Positions 49,090 through 63,218 of a stretch of DNA of 64,000 nucleotides are shown here, one piece after another. The stretch's first letter is position 1, and every line of letters begins with the position of its first letter. The notes under the pieces were generated by a model. That model saw only the letters and a list, made by a program, of their open reading frames with translations. It had not been told where the DNA came from and made no database searches. The translations under genes and the position numbers were made by a program. Source of the DNA: the human T2T-CHM13v2.0 reference genome, Homo sapiens; the NCBI RefSeq assembly GCF_009914755.1, contig NC_060927.1. The stretch is one strand, 5' to 3'.

Positions 49090-49635
49090 AAGATGGTCCT
49101 TAAGATTACTGTTCACTAGTGTGCATGAGGACACCATTCCCCTCTCCTTGGATGAGGGTAGAACCTGTGAAAATGATGGAATATCACTCGTGATTAGATT
49201 ATTAATCAGCTGACTTTGGATTCCTCAAAAGAGAGGTATTTAGCAGGTCTAACATAATTAGATGTACCTTTATAAGGCACTGGGCCCTTTCTGAAGTCAG
49301 AGAGATTGAAAACATGACAGGGCCTATGGAGATGGCCACATGGCAAGAAAATATGGATGGCCTCTAGAAGCTGGGAATTGCCCCTGGTCAACTGCCATAA
49401 TGAGAATAGGGGCTTCAGTCCTACAACTGCAAGGACTTGATTTCTTCCAACAACCACGTAAGCTTGAAAGAAGACCCTGTTGTTTATAAAGAAACACAAC
49501 CCAGCTGATACCTTGATTTCAACTTTTTGAAATCTTGAACAGAGATCCCAGTTCAGACTTAGGACCTATAGAACTGTTAATTAATAAACGGATGTTGTTT
49601 TAAGCTACTAAGTTGGGATAATTTATTATGCAGCC
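49090..49635 (+). mobile_element. MLT1 (E/F-like) solo LTR
   Basis: GGCCACATGGCAAG...GGCCTCTAGAAGCTG...CAGTCCTACAACTGCAAGGA...GTTGTTTTAAGCTACTAAGTT. Confidence 0.85.
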
Positions 49636-49806
49636 TCTTATTCTTAGAACTGTTGTCATCATTCATGTTACATCTACAAACATTACAAACCCATTTAATA
49701 CATTGTTATCATTTTTGCTTTAAAGAGGCATATGTATTTTAAATAGATTAACAAAAGAGAAATAGTCCTTTATATATACCAACAAAATATTTATCATTTC
49801 CAGAGC

Positions 49807-49812
<6 letters not shown>

Positions 49813-49841
<29 letters not shown>
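49813..49841. repeat. (TG)n microsatellite
   Basis: Direct reading. Confidence 0.97.
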
Positions 49842-49844
<3 letters not shown>

Positions 49845-51399
49845 TTCCCTTCCGACTTAAGAACATTCACTGATATTGCTTATATTGCCAAATAATGACA
49901 AACAAAAAAAAACTTTCTAGGTAAAAAGTCAAAATGATTCCCACCTTGTTTGGGAAATCAAACTTACTTCCCTTCAGGGATCACAGTTTTCTTCTACTGT
50001 TGCCTTTTTCCCAACATCCGAAAGTAATTATTGCATATTTTTATACAGTTTTGTCATTGTATAAAAAGGGAGGTATAGTCTGGTACAGTGACTCTGCCAT
50101 TAATAGAAACAGAAATCTCTTGATGTTTAAAGATGCGGTATAACCAATGATTCAGCTATATGAAGAAAAGGCTGGTCCCACAGCCTGTTGTAGGGCTACA
50201 GCTAATGGGAGAAATGCAACTATAGATAAACTAATTGGTAGCGTTACAGGCTTCAGGATTGATCTGATCCTGGAACTCCATGAGATTCATCTATCTTTCC
50301 AGTCAATCCTCCATGAGGTCAGTTTTAATAGAAGTTTGATTCTCCTCCTTGTTATATGATGGCTGTCAACATCTCCTGGCTACACATTTGTTCACTTAAG
50401 TCCAAAAGGGGAGCATTTCTATCTCAAACAAATGTCCTTAGCTTCCCTCTGACTGAACCAACTTGAATATCATAATGTTCACTCCTGAGCCAACTGCTTA
50501 GCTATGGAAGAGGGAAAGCCTGATTAGTGTACTTTCTAAACCAATCATGTGACTAGGGAAAAGTAACTTTCGTTGGCTCTTCCCTGGAACTGAGCCTGAC
50601 GCTGGTAAATTCTAATCATGTAGCTTCGACATAGTGGAGGAAGGGTACAACAAATGTTGGTATGACAACTGTAATGCCCATTCTCATTACACTAAAAAAT
50701 TTGGAAATATTCTACTTTTTGTTTATAGGACATATGCTAAAATGTTTCCTATATTGCAGATTGCTTTCTAATTCTTAGATGCATTTATCAAAATGAAAGA
50801 AAATTCTCAATATTTTGAATGAAAAAATAGCATTTACAATATTTTATAACAAAAGTTTGAGTGGAAATCTTTATACCAAAATGTAATAGAGGTTATTTCT
50901 GAGTCATAAAATTGTGATGAGTTTTTCAGGAATTTTTTTTCTTTCTTTTTCTGCATTAGGCAGGTATTTCTCATGTAATTGAAGAGAATAAATAAATCCA
51001 TTAAGATAATGTTTGTGGAGTTGCAAGAAAAAAACAGTATTTCAGCACTAAAAGAAGCAATTCATGTTAAAAGTGGAGTATAGATTTTGGGCTCGCCTAA
51101 CCTGGGTTCATGGCCTGGCTTCACCACATACTTCCTCTACAAAATGGGGCTACTAGCATGGTACTACCACGTACATGATAAAATCAGGCACTTTGAAAAG
51201 TCTGTTCACAAATAATATAAATTTAATCTTTATGTTAGTGTGAGGTAAGAATCCTTTTTTACATTGCAGATGAGGAAATTCAGGCCCTCAAAGATTAAGT
51301 AAATGGCAAAAATAACACAGCCAGTAAGAGAACAGGCTGATTTGGACCCGCATCTGTCTAACAGCAAAGCTCTTCCTCTTCTCCTCACTCCGGCACAAG

Positions 51400-51581
51400 T
51401 GAATCAGAAATTGTGGTGCATATCGGAATCACCAGGAGGGCTTGTTAAAACCGTCTTTTGAGCCTTACCTCCAGAATTACATATTCAGTAGGTCTTGGTG
51501 TAGCTTGAGAATTTGCATTTCTAACAAGTTCTCTAGTAATTCTGATGCTGTTGGTCTGAGGACCACACACTGAGATCCACT
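51400..51581. mobile_element. MER5A
   Basis: GAATCACCAGGAGGGCTTGTTAAAA...GAATTTGCATTTCTAACAAGTTCTC...GGACCACACACTGAGATCCACTG. Confidence 0.85.
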
Positions 51582-53454
51582 GGTCTATACAGCATTTTCA
51601 GAGTTATTGTGCATACATAATGATCTAATAATTTCAACATCACTCTTCATAAATGGAAGTGTTACCTGGTGTTTACTTGGATGTCTGTTTCCTAATCCCT
51701 TGTTTTTGTGATTTTTGTCTTCTGATAAAGTTCCCAGTTACACCAAGAGGCTGGAGAAATCCTCTCTTGAGTCATTATTTCTAGTACTTTCTCCAGTCCA
51801 GTGCCCTAAGTGGTTTTCTAGTGGTCTAGAAGAGTTAATGCCCTTCCCACTTCGTAATTTAATTCTAGGGAGTAAATAAGCCACAAGACAAAATTTGTTA
51901 TCTATCAATCCATTTATCAAGGTTTTGAAAGCATTAAAGTAATTTATCACAAAATCATGTCACATGAATAAAAAAGCTCTCTGTAAGCTCGTGGTTTCAT
52001 TTTAAACTTGATTTTTTTCTCCCAGTATCTACCTTTTGCTATAGCTATATGGGTAAGTTGATAATAATTTTGCCCCATGGGGCTCTATTACCTTAAGGAG
52101 AGCTTTTCTCTTTCATTATTATATTGAGTGTTTCTACCAGCCCCAAGCTTTGGCCAGGAAGATCACACGCAGCTGCATCAGAGATTCTGCGTGCAGTTTA
52201 CTGAGTAGTAAAATGTGTTATTACTTTCTGCATGTTCTGTTTCTGTGATAAGTTGTGACGTGGTCAGCTTATGAGGACTAATATGAACACCCTCTTGTTA
52301 GTCGGCAACTGTATATGTCTGACTAGAAGGCAGAAGGCAAGATTTTTTTTTCTTAAAATCATTCCTCAAAATTAGAAGGAAGCCTTTTAAATGCCTTGTA
52401 TTATGGTGAACTCCCAATTACTTTACAATGAATGAGATGGTAATTAAAGCACACACCCTCATATTATGCCAATAGATACTTGGTGTTAGGAGTTGACTTG
52501 TATTTGGATATATATGGTACCTCTAGCATTTTTATTCTCAGAATGTTTTAGATCTAAGAATCTGAAATAAATTAGTTTAATTCAGATTATTTGATTACAA
52601 GAAAAAGAAACCCACTGCAACCAAACTTGTTTAATCAATAACGGGGATTGTTTTAAGAACCCAGATGTCTTCACAAATTTCAAGAGTGGGAAAAGCTGAG
52701 TCTCTGGAAGGGACCAGAATAAGGAACTGAATACTCATGTACTCAGACCATGAACTCAGGTTAGCTGAGCCCAAAATCTTTGCTCCACTTTTAACATGAG
52801 ATGCTTCTTCTAGTGCTGAAATCCTGTTTTTTCTTGCAACTCCACAAACATCTCAACAAGGGCCCAGCCAGCATTCTCTTTTTCTCTTGTCTTTGCTTTT
52901 CTCTTCTCTTCTACTTGAAATTTTTCTTTGAACATCAACTTTCTCAACTTCTCTGTGCATATGCAGGTAGGAAGACTCCCCTCCCCACCCCACCACATGT
53001 GCACACAGCTAGCCCCTGAGAATACATTCTCCATCCAAGAGGCTAGCCTAGATGCTCAGTTCCCTCTCCATCTTATCCCAAATGTTAACAGAAAGATTCA
53101 AATTCATCCACCTTAGATCATGTATCTAAAGGTACATAATACAGATATGGTAAAGTTGGTCATTATGAGTTGAGAGGAAGATACAAAATTCCCACTTTTT
53201 AAACAAACGATTTTTTAAAATAGAGTTATTTGTTTTAGTAATCCCGTATTTGGTGTCAAAGTAAACCCTTACAGACATAATATGGTAAAATTAAGTAATG
53301 ATATTTATTTATTCAGTTAGTCTGCCTAGCATTTCTTCCTTTGTTCCCTATAGCAGCACCCCACTTTCTCATTAGGTTATGAATTTCCCCATTCCCTGAA
53401 GTCCTGGTGGTGATGCTGTGTGCATCTTAAGACTTTTCTCTCTGCCACAGCAAC

Positions 53455-53900
53455 CACGCAGGCTTGGTAGAAGCAACCCAAATGTCAATCAACAGAGGAA
53501 TGGATAAACAAAATGTAGAATATGTTTATCATGGAATATTACTTGACCATGAAAATGAATGAAATTCTGATACAGGCTACAAACATAGATGAAATTTAGG
53601 AACAATATGCTAAGTGAAATAAACCAGACACAAAAGACAAACATATGATGCCACTTTTATAAGGTACTTGGAATAGGTAAAGTCATAGTAGAACAAGGGT
53701 TACAAGGAGGTGGGGAAGTGAGCAATGGGGTGTTACTCTTTAATAGGTACAGACTTTCTGTTTAAGATGAGGAGATGCATGGCAGTGATGGTTGCACAAC
53801 ACTGTGGATGTATTTGATGCCACTGAATTTTGTACTTTAAAATGGTTAAAATGATAATTTTATTTTATGCATATTTTGCCACAATAAAAACAAATAAATA
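53455..53900 (+). mobile_element. L1MB-type 3' end
   Basis: GAAGCAACCCAAATGTC...GAATGGATAAACAAAATG...GTGATGGTTGCACAACA...ACTTTAAAATGGTTAAAATG. Confidence 0.85.
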
Positions 53901-55982
53901 ATAAATAGAAAGAATGAGGCCATCTTATCTACTTTACATTGATAATACATGGAGTGGTACAGTCAAGTGAGCTGATTGTATTTATCTCTGCAAGTATGTA
54001 CATCTGCATGGTGATTTGCTTTGTTTTTTTTTTTAAGAACTATAATAGATTTGTCTCCTTTTCCTCTATCTCTGAGTTGCTCTCCAGATACCAGATTGCA
54101 ACAAAGCAACATCTCCACTCTACTTTCAACCAAGCTCAGGACAGTAAGTAAAGAAAGGCATCAGAATACACTTTACTCTAAAAGTAATCTTGCTGAGACA
54201 GTGACTAGAGAGAACCAGTTCTTCCCCATAGAAACATAGAATGTTAGATCAAGTCCAGCATTTGCCAAACTTTAGTCTTTAGCAAGTCAAGGTCAAGATC
54301 TTTGCTACATACACTGCCCATACTGTTTTACTTTAAATCAGCTCATTATTTTTACTGAAATATAGCTTCAGAAAGAAAATTTTATAGTATTATTGTAAAT
54401 ATAAATCTGATGTCCATTGTCATAATGACAAACTTTAAAAATAAATATAATAAAAAATAAGGCAAGATATCAAATTCTTATTATTGCCTATTAAAGGATT
54501 AAGGCTTGCTTTCTTAAATAATGAGTTGTTAAGCCATTCTAGCACTAAACAAAGATGTTCTCTTTGATTTAAGAAGAAGATAGGGATGAGATTTGCAATG
54601 GGAACGTATTTTTATGTAGAGATTCAAGTTTATCGAGTACTGTTTCCATGTAATGCTTTACATTGTCTTGTTTTTAACACCAGTGGTTTGCATCCTACTC
54701 TTCAGGTGACATAGATCTTATTCAGTCTTCTTATTTTAATGATGGGGAGACAAATACCTGAGAAGGAAAGCACTTTCCCAAGTTATACTGCTAACAGTAA
54801 CTAACCTGTACTAAATGTATACCGTGCCAGACACTACCATGCACTTTGCACGTACCACAGCTTTAAACCCGTACAACAGCTCTGCAGCATAGCATCTCCG
54901 TTCTATAGACAAGGCTCAGACACATCAAATTTCTGGCCTGAGTTGACACACAGCAATGAACAACCTGAGCCTCTAAAGTCAGCAACCAGCCTCTTTATAT
55001 TTGATACCTAGAGCCTTCATCTTTTCTTACTTCTGGGTTTGACTAAAAGTGAATGCAGAATCCTGCTTTTTTTTCCAATCATGGAGCTTTTTATTTGGTT
55101 TCCTGTCCATGAAGAGTTGTGCATTTTTATCCTCTGTTAGAAAAAATAACCATTGGGTTTCAATACAGAAACATAGCTAACGAAATTTTAATCTGTAGTA
55201 CAGAAGGCATTAATTTCTGATAAAGACAAATATACATTAGCCTAATTCCATTGTATTTTTATTTTTATGTTGTTTATTTTTATCCGTTTTTTTAAAAAGG
55301 GTATCTATTAATAAGTCTGGTCTAAGATTACACCACGAGTAAACCTTTCACTAGGGTAATCTTTCTAAAATAGCAATGAGTGGAAAAGCATGGGAGGCCA
55401 GATAAATAAAAGCCATTTTTCTTCTGAGCACAGAAACTTTTGCTTTTCTTTCCACTCAGCAGCTTACTTCTGTACAGTAACAGACTGGGGAAATCATGTT
55501 GCAAAATTTGGCATCTCCGGAGTTTATATTTTTGAGAATATTTAATAAAAGGCCACCAAATGTTAAAATTATCCATTTCCTGTATGTGTGCGTTTTTTCC
55601 ATTGCTAAAATTTCTTAATTAAAAAATTAATTAAATGGGTTCTTTTAATTAAGAGGCTACTGTAGACCTTGCAACCACTGAAAACTGTAAAACTTCTGTT
55701 TCCTTCATGGTTGTCTTAATCACCATCTCAGGAAAAGTCCTTCTAGCTGGTCCATGAAGAGCCTTGTACCCTTGGATTGTGTGAATAAGATGAGAAACAC
55801 CAATCTGTTGCTTCATTTGCAGGTGTGGGTTACTGTGTGCTTTATATAAGATCATCATCTCCCCACAATGAGTGTCATTTCATGTTTTATGATACATAAA
55901 CGTGCACCATATACACTGACTTTAGATGCTAATTCTTACGTGAGATACAGCTCTGGATGCAAAGTCAAAATGCTTTGGAGAA

Positions 55983-55984
<2 letters not shown>

Positions 55985-56023
<39 letters not shown>
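55985..56023. repeat. (GT)n microsatellite
   Basis: Direct reading, ~19 units. Confidence 0.97.
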
Positions 56024-56030
<7 letters not shown>

Positions 56031-56559
56031 TCATTAGCTTTTCTTTATCTCCCTACCATATTATTGGGTCTTTTCCTTTAGCTTCAGTTTCCCCATTAGA
56101 CACAAGACAAATTGTGTCCTGTGGTCCTTTTTACTCTCTCCTGCAACTCTATCTGCATTACTAATGGAAGGTGACCCTTTTTCTCATGCTTGCATGGGCT
56201 TTTATGAGTTGCCTGTGCAACACAGAACACAGGAAGCTTTTACTTACAGATCTTTATTTTGTTCTTCAAAGCCTTTGTAAAGAAAACACACAGGAGCTGG
56301 GAGGTAGGATGTAGAACTGGTAAGAAAGATTGAGGCAACTAGGCCAACTACCCCAGTGTTCACCACAACAAATGCATAGGCTTTTCCAAATAATACTCAA
56401 AAAGTATAGGTCATAAAGAAAAAAAAAAACACATATATGCCTACATCAAAATAAAGGTTTAATGCAAAAGTGAGGAATATAAGCAAAGGTAAGAGATATA
56501 ATCAATTTTAAATCAGTTTCATTTTCCTGAGGTGAATTTGAGAATAAGAAGGGAAGATA

Positions 56560-57290
56560 AGGACAGAATCGAGTATGATGCTTGTTCCTTGCTTGGGAGC
56601 CTAAGTGAATGGTGATGCTAATTGAAGACTACAGCAATGTATGATGAGCTTAGACCCAAATATACAAGTCCAATTGCCTATGGGACACCCAGGTGGATGT
56701 TCTCAGGAGGTAATTTATTCATTTATTTCTTCAAAAGGCATTTTTTCATGTAGTTTCTCTGAGTCAGGCATTGTGCTAAAGTGCTAGGGATACGTAAATG
56801 AATAAAACAAAACTTATCCTTGAGGGGCTTACACTCTATTAGGGGAAAATAGGGATTCAGATATTTTATTAGTCCTTCAATGAACTAATATGTCAATGTG
56901 TCATACATTGCTCTAGACTTTGAGTACACAGCAGTGAAAAAATAGGCAAGTTTCCTTCTCTTGTTAACAATCTAGTATAGAGAAATAGACAATAAGTAAT
57001 TAAACTATTCATAGTAGTCACAGTAGCGACAGGGAGAGAATAATGTAAGAATTTGGAGGGGAGTTATTTTTCAATTTGAGTCAGGAAAGTCAGCCCACAG
57101 AGGTGGCATTTAAGCTGAGATGTAAAAAAGACAAAATCAAACCTTTGGAGGAGAAGAAGGAAAAGCATTCCAGGTGAAGGGAAGAGCACATGCAAAGCCT
57201 CAAATTCTGGGAGGATCTTTTTGTGTCTGACAGAAAGAAAGGACCATGGGGTTTCAATAGAGTACAAGAGCAAGAGACTGGCATGAGATT
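56560..57290 (-). mobile_element. L2 remnants
   Basis: CAGGCATTGTGCTAAAGTGCTAGGGATAC...GTCAGGAAAG...AAAGCATTCCAGGTGAAGGGAAGAGCACATGCAAAG. Confidence 0.75.
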
Positions 57291-59546
57291 GGTTCAGCAG
57301 CCATATTCAATTTATGTGCCTGGTTTTCCTGACTAAACTGAGGTTAAATCATGCACCATCTTAAAACACAAAGATAATATAAATTCAAAGAGTAGCACTT
57401 AGATTCTTAAAAGTAGAGTTAATTTCAGTGTTTCTCAAATTGTCTGTGAAGTAGGAGAATTTTTTTTAATACTGCAGACCAATGTATTTGTAAAATACAA
57501 TAAATATGAAACTGTAGAAAACTCAAATAAGAAATAGAAAACATGAGCTCATTTAAAAATCATGACACTCTGCAGTCCTCGTTTTATTGCTATACAAGTT
57601 GTGAAATGCTCGGTCTCAATTTCTATGTGCGTCTTGTTGTGTGCTGGTAAACAGGTCATGAACTAGCAGGAGGTCACAGACCACACTTTGAGTAGCACTG
57701 GACTGTGTAACTCGAAAGTTTTTATTACATTTTTAAAGCTCTCATTATTCAAAGACACAGTAGATAGACTGCCCCTTAATATCATTTGATAACTGGATTA
57801 GAAAAATTGTATAATTTCCCTTATATCCTGATATGAATCAGGGTGTGTGTGTATGTATGTGTATGGGGGGTGTGGATGTGGGTGTGTATGTCATTTTATC
57901 TAGAATGTTATTAGGTTCTTGATTTCTTTAAAGTACAGTAATATATGAGCCCAATGTTCCCAATGTGCTTTTGGCATTATTTATAAAAAACAGTCTTTAA
58001 TTACCAAGCTTAACACATTATCCTTGGTGGAGACTCAAATCTCTTTTCCAACTTTAAACTGAGCAAAAGCTTTCATCTGGCAAGGTACTGAAGCCCACTA
58101 TGAAAATTTTGTGCATAGAATTATCACCAAGAGCTATTTGGCAGCTTCTCCATCTCAATGAAAAGGACTCTGGATTTTATCTTCACACAAATAACTCTTG
58201 CCACCATTTAAATTATTTTCTCAATTATCTTTCAACCTTTTTGCAATAAGGTTTCCTGAATAAGAACTGGAAATATCTACATCACATTCCATGTCACATT
58301 TCTTGATCCAAATTATTTTAATTGGTTACTTAGCCCAAATCTATTTCAGGCACAACAATTTCCGGTCTATCTGGAAGAGAAGTGGGAAATTTTTACCTCA
58401 TCTAACCCTATCATGGACCATAACCCCATATTAATCTGGGAGACGGCCAACGCTTTTCTCTGGAGTGGTGTTACTTCTCATTTAGCCTGCAAGATATTTT
58501 TGCATTGGAAGTGAAATTTTGTAATTGTGAAAGAGATTTCCAACACACATTTTCCAGTCAATCCCAAGTGAAGTGTAAGCCATCGGGGTATCTTATGGCA
58601 TCCAGTTCAATCACAATATTCCCTTTTTCATTTTCAGAGCACAGATTTTATGCTCCTGGGACGGAGCCAAGGAAAGTGCTGGTTCAGCACACTCAATTCC
58701 AAAGGAGCATCTCATTTTATTGTCTCTCCCTCTAATTTCAGAGAACAATGGGGTTAGCCACGAGTCTATAGTGTGACTCAGATTGTTCAGTTATTTTCAA
58801 ATCAACAACACCCTTGAATTAGTTTCCCTTTCCACTTTCCTGGTAACATGCCATCCCACTTCTCTCTGATGCACTCAAAAACATCTTAATAGCTCCATGT
58901 GACCACCTGAACCAACAGATATCCCTTCAAATTGAGCAGTCCTGGGAGACATTGATCATTGTTGGCTGTGGCATGTAGTTTTAGGGCAAAAGCTTATGTG
59001 ACACAAACTCATTGTTGGGCTTTGCTGGAGAGAGAGAGATGTTCTTCCTTTGTAGTCTGAGCAATAGCCTCAAATGGGACCATTTCAAATACACTACACG
59101 TGCATTTGAATGAAAGCATTGAAATGTCGTTATCTAAAAATCTAACGAAACATTTGGCTCTATCTGAAAGAAGCACAAGTTAATTGCTTATCAAACTATC
59201 AACTTTTATTTCACAAAATGACTGATATCTCTGTGAGTCTGTGAGGAGAAAGCACTACACTTTATTTCAAGGGCAATTTTTTTTAACCACAAGTAAAGAG
59301 TGAGCATGGATATAGACAGAATCCACTCTATCAATAATCCATCACTAATTTTCTCAGGTAAAGCAGTCATATTGTTTACATGCAAAATACTTTCATTGTG
59401 GGGGTAAATGACCTCCTTCGCTTGCAAAATCTGCTCTTTGTTTCCACAAAAAACACAGACTTATTCATGGTTTTAAAAAAAATTCTCCTAAATGTGATTC
59501 CAAAACAAACTGGTACTAGTGATGTGTCTCAAGAGACTCCCTCAGG

Positions 59547-59571
59547 AAAAAAAAAAAAAAAAAAAAAAAAA
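59547..59571. repeat. A25 homopolymer not attached to a SINE or LINE
   Basis: Direct reading. No Alu/L1 body upstream and no TSD seen. Confidence 0.9.
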
Positions 59572-59759
59572 CAAGTAAAAAAGTGCCTTGGATTAAACCA
59601 AGCCAGTTGTGAATTTCTAGGAGTCCATGATCCTTTCACTCCAAAGGTAGCTTTTCGGGGAGAGGGGATCTTGAAAACAATAACAACAACACACCAAAGA
59701 TATCTAGTGTGTTTAACAGAAACTCAAAAGGAAGAGAGAAAATAACGTCTGAAATAAAA

Positions 59760-60540
59760 CAGAAGTCAGTGGGGGCGGGGGGGTGGTGGTGAAATTATAA
59801 ATTGCTAAAGTAGAACTTTCTCACTCTTTGTCGCTTTTTCCTTCGCAGTAAACCACAGAAAGCTTCACCTACATCAAGGAATGGTTTTCACACATTTGAT
59901 GGGAATGAGGAAGCTAATTCTCCAACCTTCTAAGGAAATAAGAGCTGATAGGCAGCCAAACAAACCTCCCGGCCACAGCCAGGCAGGTAGACACACGCTT
60001 AGACGGGCTGAAATCATTCCACCAACCTTTACAGTTCTTTCCCGTTTTAAACGCAGTAATAAAAAAAAAAAAAAAACGCTACGGAGACTATCTTCCTCTA
60101 GGCAGTACCTTCCTGTGTTTCTTTTGTTGTTCTGGCTTTTCTGAGTGATGACTGTTCTAAATCAACATCCCCTCTATTTCAACCTGCTCTCCTTGAGCAG
60201 CTGGACTAATTTTTTTTTTCTCCCTGCCCTCCCACTCTATCCCCTTTCATTCTTCTCTTGGCAAGAGGTCTCGATTGCAAGTCTTCTTCTCATTCTCATT
60301 CTCAGGTCTTTCCATCAGACTCCTCCCCCGCCTCCTTTGTCCCCTCTTGTCGGAGCACTCTACCTGCTCAGTGCCACCAGGACGAGCTCACGCATTCTGC
60401 ACCCCCCTGCAGCTTGTCCCCTTCTCCTCATCTTTCTACGTGCCAGGCAGGCTCTGCTCCACAATTTCATCTGGTGGCCTGGGGGTAAGGGTAAGCCAGC
60501 TGTCACTTAAACTCCTTCCATCTCAGCCAGCCTGAAATGG
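59760..60540. promoter_or_regulatory. Candidate regulatory region (enhancer or weak promoter)
   Basis: Apparently TE-free, locally GC/CpG-enriched. GC boxes GGGGCGGGG (~59771) and CTCCCCCGCCTCC (~60323). Motif evidence only. Confidence 0.3.
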
Positions 60541-61876
60541 AAAGTGTGATAAATGGAACCGTACAAGCCTCAATTTGGTCTGGAAATTTCAAACTTATGA
60601 TGTTCAAATAGGTTCATAAATTCCCCTATAATGCATCTCTGCTCCCTAATGCCCAATTGCAGGTTTCAACTGAGCAGGCCTCTCTACCTGTTTTTATAGC
60701 CCAAGATATTCAGATCTTGGCATGCGTCTAGTGCCTTCGCTTTGGCATGCTTTTAATCGTGTGCCCAGCTTGGGGATGCAGACACCACATATATATCTGC
60801 TGATTCTTTTCCAGAGGAAGAGTGTCGGCCATAGACAACACAGGTAGTCTTCAAAGGAATTTCACTCAGGGCCGCTTTGATTTCTCTGTGTCTAAAAGCC
60901 AGCACTGGCTTTGTTGTTGGCAAATATGTTTCTACATGTCCTGTCCTGGGGAAAAATTGTCAAGTGGAGAATCGTCAAACTGTGCTCTTGCTGTCTCACC
61001 AAAAGAAAGGCTATTCTCTTCCATTTTCTCCCTCATTTCTGTTCCTTATCTTCAGGAAATGGTCCTTAAAGTAACATGAGTGTGCATACACCATTGGGAA
61101 GAAAAAATGATCAGCTATGCCTTTTTATTTGTTTTTTTTAAGCTAGCAAACACAGGTACCAGGAGTTCTTTTTTAAAAATTTGAGTATGTGTAAAAGGTT
61201 AAAGGTAAATTTAAATAAATAATTTGAGGGTTTTTTTAATTAATGTGTAATTACACAAACAATACAAAGAGAAATTATTTTTCTCATCTCCCTTGGCCAT
61301 GTTTTCCAAATCAAGTACCTTCACCAGATATAACTACTATTTTTTAAATTACATTTTTTTTCTGTATTCAGACCATATATGTCTATAAAAATATGTAACG
61401 TTTGTGTTTTTAAAACAAAATGGTATTATTTTGGATGCCTTGTTCTACAACTTGCTTTTTCCACTCAAAATATACCTTGGAGATCTTACCATATTATTAT
61501 AGTTGTAATTCTTTTTTAACTGCTATGTATTATTTCGTCTATCCGTATCTATATCAAGTTTTTAAAAGTATTTCCTAGGAACATTTAGATAGTCTATAAT
61601 TTTTCTGTCTTTCATTTACAAATGATATTTCAATGAGTATTTCTGAATATGCACCCTAATATATATCAGTGATTTCTTTTTTCTCCAGCGTTGATACAAA
61701 GAAATGAAACTGGTGGACAAAAAAATGTCCATTTTTAATTTTCATAAATGTCAACTTGCCTTCCAAATTAGTTTTGCCAATGTGGTTATGTCTTCCTGCG
61801 AATCAGCATTTTTATCATGTCATCTTTAACTCCCTCTAAATGGAATGACTTACAAGCCTAAAAGCAAAAACCAATT

Positions 61877-62233
61877 TTCTTAGTCTGTTGAGACTAAGAA
61901 AAAACACCAAAAATTGAGTGGCTTATAAACTACAGAAATTTATTTCTTTTAGTTCTGGAGGCTGAGAAGTCTAAGATCAAGGCACTGGCAGACTGGGGTC
62001 CGGTGGGGACTACTCTCTGCTTCAGAGAAGGTGTCTGTCTATTCACTGCATCCTCACATGGGGGAAGGGCAAACAAGCTCTCTTGGGCCTCTTTTATAAG
62101 GATACTAGTGCCATTCTTGAGGGCTCCACTCCCATGGCCTAATCTCCCAAAAGTCCCCACCTCTTAATACCATCACTTTGGGGGTTAGGATTTTAACATA
62201 TGAATTTTGAGAGGACACAGATATTCAGACCAT
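61877..62233 (-). mobile_element. MLT1A0-like solo LTR
   Basis: GGCTTATAAACTACAGAAATTTATTTC...GTTCTGGAGGCTGAGAAGTCTAAGATCAAGGC...ATTCAGACCATAG. Confidence 0.88.
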
Positions 62234-62429
62234 AGAACAAATGAAAGGGAATTTTATAAACATAATGCTTTCTTCTTACTGGATACAATGTATTCTTTTC
62301 TCCATTCCACACCAGGTCCCAATACTCCCAAAGCTGATATCTATAATGTGAAAGGAGAACATGTTTTCTCAATACAAAAGCTCACTTTAGAAGAAAAGAG
62401 AAGCGAAAAGTCCAAACATGGAGGACTAG

Positions 62430-62802
62430 TGCATTAGTTCATTCTCACACTGCTATAAAGGACTGCCCAAAACTGGGTAGTTTATAAAGAAAAGAAGTTT
62501 AATTGAGTCACAGTCCCACATGGCTGGGGAGGCCTCAAGAAACTTACAATCATGGTGGAAAGGGAAGCAGACACATCCTCCTTCTTCACATGATGGCAGG
62601 AATAAGTTCAGAGCAAAAGGGGGAAAAGCTTATAAAACCATCATATCTTGTGAGAACTCACTCACTATCACAAGAACAGCAGCATGGGGGTAACTTCTCC
62701 TCTTTTCAGTTACCTCCCACCAGGTCCCTCCCACAACATGTCAGGATTATGGGAACTACAATGCAAGATGAGATTGTGGGGGGACACAGCCAAACCATAT
62801 CA
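62430..62802 (-). mobile_element. THE1/MST MaLR solo LTR with TSD
   Basis: TGCATTAGTTCATTCTCACACTGCTATAAAG...GGACACAGCCAAACCATATCA. 5-bp TSD ACTAG at 62425-62429 and 62803-62807. Confidence 0.92.
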
Positions 62803-62894
62803 ACTAGGAATATATTTTTCTATTTCAAGTCATTGAAACAGAGATATTTTGAAGGGTACAGAAACGTCATTCATATTAGAAAGTATTTACTCCA

Positions 62895-63218
<324 letters not shown>

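Noticed and set aside
55649-55858. YKALHGPA peptide resembling L2 ORF2
   Set aside because: The match is too short and the flanking residues do not fit.
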